The notes beneath the pieces are model-generated. The model worked only from the letters and a program-made list of their open reading frames with translations. It was not told where the DNA came from and did not search any database. From Octopus vulgaris (taxonomy: Eukaryota), in NCBI GenBank assembly GCA_951406725.2, contig OX597837.1:12710001-12774000 (forward strand): 64,000 nt of DNA. Reading direction: 5' to 3'. Of the stretch, positions 29,411 to 41,554 are shown in pieces; position 1 is the stretch's first letter, and every line of letters starts with the position of its first letter. The translations under genes and the position numbers were made by a program.

Positions 29411-30024
29411 GTTTTGTAGGAGCTGGACAACATTCTCAGCTATCCTAAACATCTGGAGCCATTCTAGGATCCATGAGTGTAGCACACTATCATGCCTTTT
29501 GGTAATCATTCCATGCCGTTGCTATGTTTTTCTTCCTACGTTTGAGCAATATTTATCTTCTGTTACGTATATTGAATGTATTACATATTTGTGTAAGTGT
29601 GTTATGGAATAAAAATTTTTCCTTTACTCTTTTCCTTATTTAAATTATCACTGTTGTTAGGATACCATTGTGTGAAGCACACTATCATGCCTTTTGGTAA
29701 TCATTCCATGCCGTTGCTATGTTTTTCTTCCTACGTTTGAGCAATATTTATCTTAGCTGAATAGTATGCGTATATTGAATGTATTACATATTTGTGTAAG
29801 TGTGTTATGGAATCATTGAAATGAGTCATTGATAATGCCATGTGAGAAGGCCCTTATATGACACTTGATCGCCGCCAAAGAGTTGTACATTTGATTGCAT
29901 AATACACAGTTGAGCTGGTTGACAGAAGGAACCAGTGTCACAGAATGAAGTCTTTTGACACGTTTTTGTGGTGCACCTGAGCACTGAATACAATAATTTC
30001 ATTATTATAAAAGTAATAATAATA

Positions 30025-30093
<69 letters not shown>

Positions 30094-30096
30094 CTA

Positions 30097-30157
<61 letters not shown>

Positions 30158-30158
<1 letters not shown>

Positions 30159-30492
30159 GGCCAACAGACCAGATATAGTTGTCAGAGACCATGAAGAAAA
30201 AAATGCTTTCTAATTGATGTATCAGTACCGGCAGATGACAACGTGTCTCTAAAAGAAATGGAGAAACTCTCAAAATACAAAGACCTGGAAATAGAGGTAA
30301 CTAGAATGTGGAATCTGAAAACAGAAACAATTCCTATCATAGTAGGTGCATTAGGCATGATAAAAAAATATTCAGACAAATACATAACAAAAACACCAGG
30401 ACTTACAAACACATATAACATACAGAAAATTGCACTACTGGGCACTGCACACATCCTAATACACTTTCCAATAATAACCATCAGAGCATCAC
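30158..30492 (+). mobile_element. Dong/R4-clade RLE fragment flanked on both sides by (TAA)n
   Basis: ANRPDIVV...IDVSVP...EKLSKYKDLEIEV...IPIIVGALG...IQKIALLGTAHIL. Confidence 0.85.
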
Positions 30493-30534
30493 AATAATAA
30501 TAATAAGGCAACAATGCTAATAATAATAAAGCAC

Positions 30535-30621
<87 letters not shown>

Positions 30622-30699
30622 TAATAATCCAACTGAACGGCACACCTTTCCATAGGTTGCGCATAATCTGTTGTCAACAAATAGCTGTATCATACTTCA

Positions 30700-31020
30700 C
30701 AAGGGGTCGATTCTTGTAGCTTCTTTGATAGCTGACCAGGCCTGCACGACTTAAGCATTGCACCCTAAAAGTCACAAGCGTGAAAACCCATACTTCTTCG
30801 TTTCCCACAAGTTCGTTCTTTCAAAGCTTTCTCCTGATCTTCTCCAGCTAAATTCTCTCTCTTCGGGAAACCACTGGACACTATTTTCCTCCATCTCTTT
30901 CCCTCTTGCGCTACTCGCCCCCAATCAACATCTGAAATTCCTGTTTGTGTCAAAGCAGTCTTAAGGCAGTCTACGAACCTCGTTTTGCGTTTAGGTACTG
31001 GCCTCTTACTATCTTCCAGC
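30700..31020 (-). mobile_element. RTE-clade LINE C-terminal fragment
   Basis: Minus strand RFVDCLKTALTQTGISDVDW...RWRKIV...CLSRAGLVSYQRSY resembles the RTE ORF C-terminus. Confidence 0.6.
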
Positions 31021-31185
31021 TCATCTTACACACATGCATACAAACATATATACATACAGACATATATACATGCATGCATGCGTACATACATACATACACA
31101 CATACCAAAAATGGAGCCTTGTGTCTTTGTTAGAAACTGGCTTCCTCCTCGGTGGAAGATTTATAATGATTAGCAAATAGAAGAT

Positions 31186-31216
<31 letters not shown>

Positions 31217-31275
31217 TACATACATACATACATACATACATACATACATACATACATACATACATGCATACATAA

Positions 31276-31306
<31 letters not shown>

Positions 31307-31748
31307 CATACATACATACATACATACATACATACATACATACATACGCAGAAACATTAGCACACCTTCAGTTGTATAATACTGACAAATATGTAACATT
31401 ATCAGGTCGATATATAATCATCAGGTGTATGAATTATCAATAATATTGTCAGTGTTATCAAGAAGAAGAAATATAATATTGATCTCAATGATTTATTATT
31501 GATTTCTTACATTTCAGTTCAAGCACCCCGATCGATTGGTTCTTGTCAGAATTAAGAAGATAAAGAGGCATATGGAAATATTCGAAGAACTTTGTTTCTC
31601 GACTTCAATTCTCTCCACCGACATTTCTCACTGAAATATTATTCTTTAAAGCTGAAATTACATGGTACGACTCAGCATGAGAATCGAACTGCAATCTAAA
31701 CTCCAAGAATACATATCCAGCACTAATATAAAATTCAATTAAACATAT

Positions 31749-31965
31749 GGAGGCGCAATGGCCTAGTGGTTAGGGCAGCGGACTTGCGGTCGGAGGATCG
31801 CGGTTTCGATTCCCAGACCGGGCGTTGTGTGTGTTTATTGAGCGAAAACACCTAAAAGCTCCACGAGGCTCCGGCAGGAGGTGGTGATCCCTGCTGTACT
31901 CTTTCACCACTCTAAAAGGCGGTGCTCCAGCATGGCCGCAGTCAAATGACTGAAACAAGTACAGA
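31749..31965 (+). mobile_element. SINE with family C head and family A 3' tail
   Basis: The head matches 6320; the tail CTAAAAGGCGGTGCTCCAGCATGGCCGCAGTCAAATGACTGAAACAAGTA matches family A. Confidence 0.75.
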
Positions 31966-32295
31966 AAAAAAAAAATATATCAATAAACACAAACCACGCT
32001 GCAAACCCATCATTCTAAGACTATTCTACCATTCTATATCGCAGCTACACCAAGATTTTAGAAAGAATATTATTAAAGAAAGCGGCCAGCTGGAATCGAA
32101 CACCCATCTTTGAATAACCAGTCGGTTGCCTCAATCCTTTCAACAGATTCTTATGCATGTGCGAGGTCTTTATACATTCAGTTTACACAGAAATAATTAG
32201 ATGTGGTGGCATTAATTCCTGTCTCAACAGAATCTCTGAATTGATATTCTCTCTAACTTACTGTCACAATTCTTCACAGTTACTTTATTTTTTGA

Positions 32296-32684
32296 CTAGC
32301 AGTATCGCCCGGCGTTGCTCAGGTTTGTCTCGACCCTTTAGAATTGGAATTTTTGAAAAGTAAAAATTTTGCATTATGTAGCTTGTTATTCTCTTTAAGT
32401 GAACATTTTTCTGGTTGAAATACACCGAAAAATGGCGACACGGCAGTCAAAAAATCGTAAAAAATAGGGATTTTCATAGAAAAAAGCACCTTTTTGATAT
32501 AAATAATTTTTGGTGTTAACATGGTCCGATTTGAATTTTTTCTTCTACGGAAGGAAGAGCAAGCCTTCTTCTATCATACTCTCAATTTTGGTCAACTTGT
32601 GCCCCAGGGTCTCGGAGGAGATAGTGTTAGTTGAAGGCTACCAAAGCTGCCATACACAGACAACTTCAGCTTTATATAGAGAGA
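32296..32684 (-). mobile_element. Non-autonomous Helitron
   Basis: Minus strand starts TC (TCTCTCTATATAAAG) and ends with hairpin CCTGAGCAACGCCGGG + CTAG. It sits between A and T with no TSD and interrupts the conserved 5' module of gene 3. Confidence 0.8.
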
Positions 32685-32997
32685 TTACACTCTTATCTTC
32701 ACTGATGCGTTTTTCTTTTACTCGTAAGCAAAGGTCAGACTAAATAGGTTACCAAACGATCGTAACCGACGTTTATCCATACAGTGACTGCATTGATAAA
32801 ACTGTATCAGTCACAGTGACTGGTAATTAACGTTCGTGTTTTATTGATAGTAAAGTGTACCAACATACTGTGAGATGCAACTGCACTAAAAGCTGTAAAA
32901 ACAGATTTTATGAGATGAAATCGTCTTAAACAAACCAACAAAATTGACAAAGCAATGAATTAAGTTCTTAAACTGCAATTATTATCTTCTAGTCTTT

Positions 32998-33193
32998 ACT
33001 CTTTTACTCTTTTACTTGTTTCAGTCATTTGACTGCGGCCATGCTGGAGCACTACCTTTTAGTCGAGCAAATCGACCCCAAGACTTATTCTTTGTAAGCC
33101 TAGTACTTATTCTATCGGTCTCTTTTGCCGAACCGCTAGGTTGTCAAGCGATTTTGCGGCGGACAAACACAAACACACAAACACACACACACA

Positions 33194-33265
<72 letters not shown>

Positions 33266-33428
33266 CGATGGGCTTCTTTCAGTTTCCGTCTACCAAATCC
33301 ACTCACAAGTCCTTGGTCGGCCCGAAGCTATATAGAAGACACTTGCCCAAGGTGCCACGCAGTGGGACTGAACCCGGAACCATGTGGCTTGTAAGCAAGC
33401 TACTTACCACACAGCCACTCTTACGCCT
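32998..33428 (-). mobile_element. SINE family A with 8-bp TSD (TAGTCTTT)
   Basis: Reverse complement of the family A consensus; TAGTCTTT at ~32990 and ~33430. Confidence 0.85.
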
Positions 33429-33536
33429 ATAGTCTTTGTTTACACTTTTACAATTCACATCACTCACAGTTTTATATATTTTCAAACAATAAACTTCCAG
33501 CAAAATATTGTGAGAATTAGTAGAAAGGCCATAATA

Positions 33537-35000
33537 ATGTCGAAATTTACTCGTTGTATAAAGCGTTATTCTTCATGTCGATGGAGATTATGTTACGCCT
33601 GTACTGTTGCTTTTCTTCTGCTGCAAACATTGAGAGTTGATCTAAGCATGGCAATTGTTTGTATGTTGAAAACACCCAATCGTACAACTGAGGAAGTTAA
33701 GTTTACTACAGGGAACCAGCAGTGTTCCGGTTTAGATAACCATTCTCTAAACCAAAATTATGAAGGGGAGTTAGAATGGAGCAGTACCCTACAATCAAAC
33801 ATATTGGCTGGGTACTTCTACGGATATATAGCAACTAATATTTTGGGTGGAATTTTGGCAGACAAATATGGTGGGAAAAGAGTTGTAGGAGGTTCGCTTT
33901 TATCAGCATCCATCCTGGCCATTCTTCATCCAAGTTTGTCTCGAATTAGTGGTTACTTTACTCTTATTCTAAGAATATTAACAGGCACAGTATCAGGACC
34001 GTTCTGCCCTGCGATTTACTCTTTATTTGGGCGTTGGATCCCTCCAGATGAGATAAGTTTATTTGTTGCGATTACATATGCTGGTCAAATTCTTGGGAGT
34101 GTTGTAGGCCTTTCAATATCTGGTTTTCTTTGTGATTATGGCTTCGATAATGGATGGGGTTCTATATTCTATGTATTTGGAGGATCATCGTTAGTATTTA
34201 GCACTGTATGGTTTTATGTGGCTTATGATAATCCAGATGCCCATCCCACTATCAGTGAAGAAGAACGTTCTCACTTAAAGAGAACTGTAATAAGTGAAAA
34301 GGCAATTCAAAAAGTACCATGGAAACGGCTGTTGCTTTCACCTGCTGTCTGGGCAATCAACTTCGGTTTCTTCGCTTATGCCTGGACGGATTTATCTTTC
34401 CAGATGTTGCTGCCCCTATATATGAAGAAAACTTTAAAAGTTAAAACTACATCCAACGGCTTAATGTCGTCTGCCCCTGCCATTGGACAAATCATTGCCC
34501 TTCCGTTGTGTGGAAAATTTGCAGATTTTATACGTTCAAAGAAATACATGTCAACTCATTCAGTTCGAATTGTATTCCAAACCTTTTCTATGGTTACTTC
34601 GGCTTGTCTGCTGATAAGCGTAGGCTTTCTGACATGTGACCTAACCGTTCTAATAACTATCCTCTTGTTTCTCAGTGGTATAACTCTATCGTTTTCCAGT
34701 GGTGGTGTCATCGTCAACAATATTGACATCGCTCCAAGTTACGCTGGTGTTATAAATGGAATTTCTAACACCTTTTGCTCAATGGCTGGTAGTATTAGTA
34801 CCTTATCTACAAAAGCCTTGACCCCAAACGGTACACAAGAAGAATGGCAGATCGTATTTGTTTTATGTGCTTCTGTATGTCTAGGTGGTGCAATACTATT
34901 TGCAGTCTTGGTAAGAACAGAAATCCAAGACTGGGAAAGGTCTGAAGGATCCAGAGCAACTGTTACTTCCAGAGAAATAAATAAAATTGCAAAAGTTTAA
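33537..35000 (+). CDS. SLC17A5-like: SLC17/sialin-like transporter, paralog 3 (487 aa)
   Basis: Intact ORF colinear with the other paralogs; ATG 33537 (MSKFTRCIKR). Confidence 0.92.
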   Translation: MSKFTRCIKRYSSCRWRLCYACTVAFLLLQTLRVDLSMAIVCMLKTPNRTTEEVKFTTGNQQCSGLDNHSLNQNYEGELEWSSTLQSNILAGYFYGYIATNILGGILADKYGGKRVVGGSLLSASILAILHPSLSRISGYFTLILRILTGTVSGPFCPAIYSLFGRWIPPDEISLFVAITYAGQILGSVVGLSISGFLCDYGFDNGWGSIFYVFGGSSLVFSTVWFYVAYDNPDAHPTISEEERSHLKRTVISEKAIQKVPWKRLLLSPAVWAINFGFFAYAWTDLSFQMLLPLYMKKTLKVKTTSNGLMSSAPAIGQIIALPLCGKFADFIRSKKYMSTHSVRIVFQTFSMVTSACLLISVGFLTCDLTVLITILLFLSGITLSFSSGGVIVNNIDIAPSYAGVINGISNTFCSMAGSISTLSTKALTPNGTQEEWQIVFVLCASVCLGGAILFAVLVRTEIQDWERSEGSRATVTSREINKIAKV

Positions 35001-35199
35001 CTAGTGTGCTATGTTGTATATATGTATATATATTAGCCACTACACATTTTTTCTCTCCTTGTTTCTCTCCTTGTTTTTTCTGTGTCCCTTTCTGTAGAAG
35101 AGCGTAGGGTCAAAACGTAAAAGACTTTCTATTCCTGAGCGTTATAATAATATATCTGTTGACTGGAGAGGGTTGTTGCTGAAAGACTATATCTGTAGC

Positions 35200-35500
35200 A
35201 GCAGAATTTGGCTCCTCACCATTCTTCTGGTAAGAGTCATGATTGAGTATTGGAATATATATCAACGACTTCACCAACACCATTTTCTGGCATCTTAATT
35301 CCGCTAAACGTGTGGAGAGAATGCTAAGAAAGACACCGACCATACTACCTACAGCACCAAGGCCGAGCTGGTGACCAAGATCAATGAGATGTTTGAAGAT
35401 CTTCCTAAAGACACAGTGAGGAACGCATACACCATGTTCCGGAACTCTGTTGAGACTGTTACGAAAGCTGAGAACGGATAACTTTAAATAAAATGTTATT
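35200..35500 (+). mobile_element. Tc1/mariner-superfamily (maT/DD37D-like) transposase C-terminal fossil
   Basis: YSTKAELVTKINEMFEDLPKDTVRNAYTMFRNSVETVTKAENG; also at 47550-47850, 55680-55800 and 61145-61445. Confidence 0.65.
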
Positions 35501-35598
35501 TCTCAGCCATTATCTAGTTGATATTTTTTGTTTAAATTACTGTTATTTTGGGATTGTATATTGTATTTTCTTGTCCCTTAATGCGCATGTGCTAGTCA

Positions 35599-35627
35599 GT
35601 ATACATAATGCCTTATCTAATTAGGTA
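35599..35627 (+). promoter_or_regulatory. Conserved upstream motif GTATACATAATGCCTTATCTAATTAGGTA (GATA + TAATTA)
   Basis: Also at ~47958, ~54793, ~55943 and ~61557; about 0.5 kb upstream of the exon-1 donor when not interrupted. Confidence 0.45.
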
Positions 35628-36334
35628 CTTTTATGATTTAGGCTGAATGAAAGTAATGTAACAGACGACTGACTCCCCAGTATAATTATTCGTATAATTT
35701 ATTCCTTTACACGTGTTCACACTCTCAGAGACTTGCAGTGTTGAATATTTTTAGATTGCAAGTAACTTCAGGATCATATATTACTTGACACTGTAGATTT
35801 ATTACAGGCGCAGGAGTGGCTGTGTGGTAAGTAGTTTGCTTACTTCCCACGAGTATTTGTTGTCTGTGTGCGCATGTGTCATTGCGCTGTGCACTGAAGA
35901 AATAGCCGGCAGTGTTTAGCCTGCCAAAAGAAGCTGCTGCTAGGTAACACTTTTGTCTCTTGGACCCAGTGAGGGTCGTTGTCTGTGCTTATATGTTTTA
36001 CAAACGGAATCCTCACTGGATTCAGGATGCTGGTCTGCTGGCTGTTCAGCAATATGGTTTATATTAATTGAAAAATGTTTTTCTGATTGTGAGAAGTACA
36101 GACTGGTGGGCGTATCCTCCAGCCAAAAGTTGTCCACTTTTTAACAGTGTATGTTTTTACAACAACATTTACCATTATTGGAAAGCTGTATTTCAAGTGT
36201 TCACATGAAGTGAACATTTTTTCTCGTTGTGAGAAGTATAGTTTGGTGACGTATCCTGCCACCAAAAGTCGTTCGCTGTTTGTAAATAGTGTGTATTTTA
36301 CAACTACGTTGAAAAGCTGTATTTCAAGTGGAGC

Positions 36335-36832
36335 AGTCCAGGTTCGAATTGGAGTACCATAAGGGCTTGGAGTACCTGAATGCCCAGAAGATTTTTTTGC
36401 TGTGTTATTTTAACTCTTCTATTCTTCTTCTATTGTGACTTTTTATTGAACTGTTTGCTTTTTTTTCTTCTTCCCTTTTGTTTCCTTTTGAATTATCTCT
36501 TTCTTTTTTTGTGAAATATTGTTTTGGACTTTTTTTATTTTTAATTTCAAACATGGTAAACAAAATACGGATAAGATTTTAGAGTGGGAGATTGCCCCAC
36601 CTAATTAGTGGTTCAGACAGCAAGAGGAGAGGACGGTGATGTAGAGAACGTATTCGAAGATTCTCGATACCATTACCGTCTTCCCCAAGCAAATGATTGA
36701 GCAGGAGTTGGCAGAACATCTGCCAACCATTAGGAATGTCCCTAGGGGAGTCAAACATGCAACGGTGTGGTTGCTGTTTGACACCCCAGAGGAGGCTCGC
36801 AATTTTGCGAGCAAGCCCGTTGAGGGTAAAGA
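36335..36832 (+). mobile_element. Tx1/L1 ORF1-like element 5' fragment
   Basis: Homologous to 46612-47110 (GGTGTGGTTGCTGTTTGACACCCC...GCAATTTTGCGAG). Confidence 0.65.
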
Positions 36833-37135
36833 AAAGCCTTGTCAGTGGATTTGGTAGACGGAAACTGAAAGAAGCCCGTCGTATATATGTATATGTATAT
36901 GTATGTGTGTGTGTGTGTGTGTGTTTTGTGTGTGTGTGTTTGTATGTGTGTTTTTCATCCTCCAAACATCGCTTGACAACCGATGCTGGTGTGTTTACGT
37001 TCCCATAACTTAGCGATAACTTAGAGACCGATAGAATAAGTGCTAGGCTTACAAAGAATAAGTCCTGGGGTCGATTTGCTCGACTAAAGGCAGTGCTCCA
37101 GCATGGCCGCAGTCTGAAACAAGTAAAAGAGTAAA
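36833..37135 (+). mobile_element. SINE family A 3' part
   Basis: Matches the consensus from AAAGCCTTG to AAGTAAAAGAG; a matching head stub lies at ~35806-35845. Confidence 0.8.
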
Positions 37136-37234
37136 AAGGGAGTATACACATTATTAATGAAGACAGCGTTTCATAATTTCGACGAAGTCTACCGCAGACT
37201 TGGCATTTCAAGGATTGCTGAACGTCAACAATTA

Positions 37235-37428
37235 AATCGAGTGCAATTATGTGAGTAGAGGATTCACATGAGATGAAGGCGGTCATGGGAGAGTGAAAGG
37301 AGCTAAATATAAAGGAGAGGAATTTGTTCGGATTCCGTTGCAGGCTGACGTAAGAGCGACCACCTGTCTTATTGCATATGAGGAGGAGTAAGGGTAGACA
37401 TGAGGAAGATGACAAAGAAACGGTGAGT
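37235..37428 (+). promoter_or_regulatory. Putative promoter/non-coding exon 1 of gene 4 (TCACATGA 37264, TATAAAG 37308, donor GT 37423)
   Basis: GACAAAGAAACG|GTGAGT; near-identical blocks at 48.3 kb and 61.9 kb, diverged block at 56.3 kb. Confidence 0.6.
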
Positions 37429-37512
37429 AAAGAAAAGACGAACAAAGCCACAAGCACACTGAAACACAAGCAGATATATATATATATACACACACACATA
37501 CATACACATACA

Positions 37513-37568
<56 letters not shown>

Positions 37569-37689
37569 ACTGTATATACATCCATATATGTATACACAAA
37601 CAAACACTCACAGACATATTAACACACATACGTGCTTACATAGATACATATATACATGCAAACATGCATACATACATACATACATACAC

Positions 37690-37780
<91 letters not shown>

Positions 37781-37785
37781 CATAC

Positions 37786-37845
<60 letters not shown>

Positions 37846-38070
37846 TATTAAAAAAACACCTTTTATTAATTTAATAATGAAAAATCAAATTATACCATTT
37901 AGAAAAATTACATATAATAGTAAGATTAAATATAAGATAAGACATATAACGATGATTAAGTAATGTGCAAAATAGTTATTACATTATTATACTATAAATT
38001 ATATTATATTGTTATTATTATTATTATTATTATTATCATCATTATTATTATTATTATTATTATTATCATC

Positions 38071-38150
<80 letters not shown>

Positions 38151-38169
38151 GTATATATATATATATAAT

Positions 38170-38224
<55 letters not shown>

Positions 38225-38813
38225 TATAATTATATAATTATATTTATATATATATATATATGAAATGTATGTATGTATGTATGTATGCACGTTTATATGT
38301 ATACTGAATTTTTGTTTCCCCCGCGATAGGTGAAAATCCGCGAAATAGAAACAGTACTGTTTTTGTTATTATTTCTATACTTTGCATTTATTTATTTTTT
38401 TAATTATAAACACATAAAAAACACCACACACCCGTCTCCCGAGTTTTGTTTCTCATACAGTTTGTGCGATTCTTTATTTACTCATCGACGATACACGACG
38501 TATTTTCTTTTGATATATTTTAATTAAGGTGTTATACTGTTCAGTACTGTTTGCTAATTTCATTTATTAATTTATTAATTTTGGGGCGTGAAAATGCAGA
38601 ACGCAGAATGACTTTTGCGAGTACCTTGGCCAAGGACTTCTCCTCTGAGTTCTGCACACTCCGCACAGCAGATAAATTTAGTCCTTTTCTATGCCGTCAA
38701 CTATTTGTCACAGTATAGTGTTTCTTACCGAATGTCTGAGTGTATTTATAAGTAAAGTCGTTTCTGTATATTTAAACAAAAATACGATAAGACAGTTGTG
38801 GAATTTTAGATAA

Positions 38814-39100
38814 AAGTCGGTGAGCTGGCAGAATCGTTAGCACGCCGGGCGAAATGCGTAGCCGTATTTCGTCTGCCGTTACGTTCTGAGTTCAAATTCC
38901 GCCGAGGTCGACTTTCCTTTTTATCCTTTCGGAGTCGATAAATTAAGTACCAGTTACGCACTGGGGTCGATATAAGCGACTTAATCCGTTTGTCTGTCTG
39001 TCCTTGTTTGTCCTCTCTGTGTTTAGCCCCTTGTGGGTAGTAAAGAAATATGTATTTCGTCTGCTGCTACGTTCTGAGTTCGAATTCCACCGAGGTCAAC
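38814..39100 (+). mobile_element. SINE family B
   Basis: GAGCTGGCAGAATCGTTAGCACGCCGGGCG...GGGTAGTAAAGAAAT. Confidence 0.85.
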
Positions 39101-39806
39101 TGCCTGTATCAATTAGTAGTAACTATTTTCATTTCAATCCGTTGAAAATGTATAATTCACTAATTGAGCAAATTAATTAGGACTTCAATGGTAATCGCCA
39201 CTAATATATTTACACCAGCTTTCTAAATGTATTCGGTTCCCTTCATTAAAATTCTTTCGTTCCATAAACGCAGAACAGGTCGTTAATACAGCGTGTGTTT
39301 GAGTAGCTATATACGAATTGTGTATCAAATATTTTAAATACTGTTATGATGACAACGTTATGTTCTTGTAGTGTGTGAGAGATAGAGAGAAAGACAGAGA
39401 GAATCTATATACGAATTAATTACACATATAACTGTTAAACGTATGATTTAGTAGTTTTGTTGTAACGTTACACGCTCTGTGTGTGTGTGTGTATATGTGT
39501 TATTGTGTGTGTGTACGCGCGCGCTTAGCTTTACATTGTCGCATGAAACCCCAAAACCCGTTGGCACGTGACCTCTGTGACAAGTGGCCTCTCTAGAAAT
39601 TGAAGGAGGAAAAGACTTCGTTACTTTATGTCCATAACGGGGGACTGTCTCCCTTTGGTTGTTATTTGTAATCGACACTGTTATCACGTGGGTCCCAGGA
39701 CACCAGCAGGAATTTCCTGAAGTGCAAACAAGGTCTGAAAGTATCCATTCTGTTGCATTGTGTGTAATTATGCTTTTAAAGTTTGGGATGGAACTAACAC
39801 TTATTC

Positions 39807-40380
39807 TTGTCCCTCGCAGATAGACATTTTCCAATGCATCACAAATATAGAAAACTCTTTAATAGTCATCACCTAAAAATTAGTTTTACTTCGACCCCAA
39901 AATTTAAAAGTATCATAACACTCAATGCAACACAACAACACGAAGCCGGCTGTTCCTGTAGGGATAAAGACTTGTACCCACTAAATGGAGCCTGTATGAC
40001 CGAAGCCATTATTTATGAAGCCACCGAAAATTCTACGAACGGTTATAATGTAATTTCATCCAAAAGATATGTAGGTCTCACAGAAGGAAATTTTAAAGCT
40101 AGATTCAACAATCACACTTTATGCTTCAGATACTGGAATAGACGAAAACCTACCAGTTTATCCAGTTATGTATGGTTCTTAAAAGAACAAGGTGTCAACT
40201 ACAGGATTTACTGGAAAATCTTAGCTGAGTGTAAACCTTATACCAATGGTAGTGGCAAGTTCAGCCTTTGGAATATGGAAAGATGGCTCATCTGAAGAAG
40301 TTCCTTGGACACGCTACTTGTTTAAATTCAAGAACTGAACTTGTTTGTTCATGTCCATATGTCACAAAATACCTATTACG
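39807..40380 (+). mobile_element. Penelope-like element C-terminus with GIY-YIG endonuclease
   Basis: KLFN...KISF...CSCRDK..PLNGAC...IIYEA...YVGLTEGNFKARFNNH...TSLSSYVW.LK...WKIL...PY. A short inverted related copy lies at ~39745-39806. Confidence 0.85.
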
Positions 40381-40751
40381 GTTTGGGGCTAGAATCCACT
40401 TATTTACTATGTTCCTACACAAGCCTTTCCATATGTTGTAACTTCCATTAATTTTTGATTTTTAAGTCTTTATTTTTATATATTTTTCATTTTTTTTCCT
40501 TTTTCCTCTAATTGTGTGAATGTGTATGTATGTATATATTTTATGTGTATATGTGTGTGCGTATATATATATATATATATATAATATATATATATATATA
40601 TTCAAATATTTTAATAATAAAATCAATTATATTTTTACCTGGTAGCCAGTGCGGAAATGAAAACTTTTTAGAGAAATTTTTAAAATTGTTTTATAATTAT
40701 ATATATAATTATGATAATGGGTCAGCTTTATGCCTCACCTCGTACCGTTAG

Positions 40752-40808
<57 letters not shown>

Positions 40809-41104
40809 TATGCGTTTGTGTGTGTGTACTTTTGAAAATCTTTTTTATTAAATGTGAAACCGGTCAATTCAATAAACATCTTTAAAAGACCCTGCATTTT
40901 CAAATCTTCTTCCCTATATATGCATATGTATATATATATAATATGGCAAAGTAATTTATTTTACTAAGCCCTTTTATATAATGTAATATTTTGAATTCGC
41001 CTTAAATGGTCCCTTTACATACTGAATACTTGGTGAAATTGATTAATAATTAATTAATTTTATCCTCAATTGTTGAAAATATATATATATATATATATAT
41101 ATAT

Positions 41105-41425
41105 AAAGGAAATGAAGAAAATGCTGACAAAATAATTTAAGTAAGGGAGAGTGTATTTAATTAGGTGAAGTTCTTTTTACCGGTTGCGCATTTGTTATGC
41201 TTATCAAAAGATATTTTGAGTGAGATAGAGTTCCTTTCTGATGGATTTTTTCTCTTATCTGACAGTCAGATAAGAGAAAAAAATCCATCAGAAAGGAACT
41301 CTATCTCACTCAAAATATCTTTTGATAAGCATAACAAATGCGCAACCGGTAAAAAGAACTTTCACCTAATTAAATACACTCTCCCTTACTTAAATTATTT
41401 TGTCAGCATTTTCTTCATTTCCTTT
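41105..41425. repeat. Near-perfect ~160-bp-arm palindrome with 1-nt centre (41264)
   Basis: ...CTCTTATCTGAC-A-GTCAGATAAGAG...; arms complementary out to AAAGGAAATGAAG / CTTCATTTCCTTT. Confidence 0.92.
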
Positions 41426-41463
41426 TTTTATATATCACAACTCGTGTTCCACACCTCCTTTTT

Positions 41464-41550
<87 letters not shown>

Positions 41551-41554
<4 letters not shown>

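Noticed and set aside
29480-29815. ~130-bp direct repeat (also 24940-25130/25670-25815 and 36075-36330)
   Set aside because: Real local duplications, but no structure or motif suggesting function.
37372-37422. Exon 1 as a coding exon (MRRSKGRHEEDDKET)
   Set aside because: The ATG and frame are not conserved in units 1, 2 and 6, and splicing to either acceptor does not place it in frame with the CDS.
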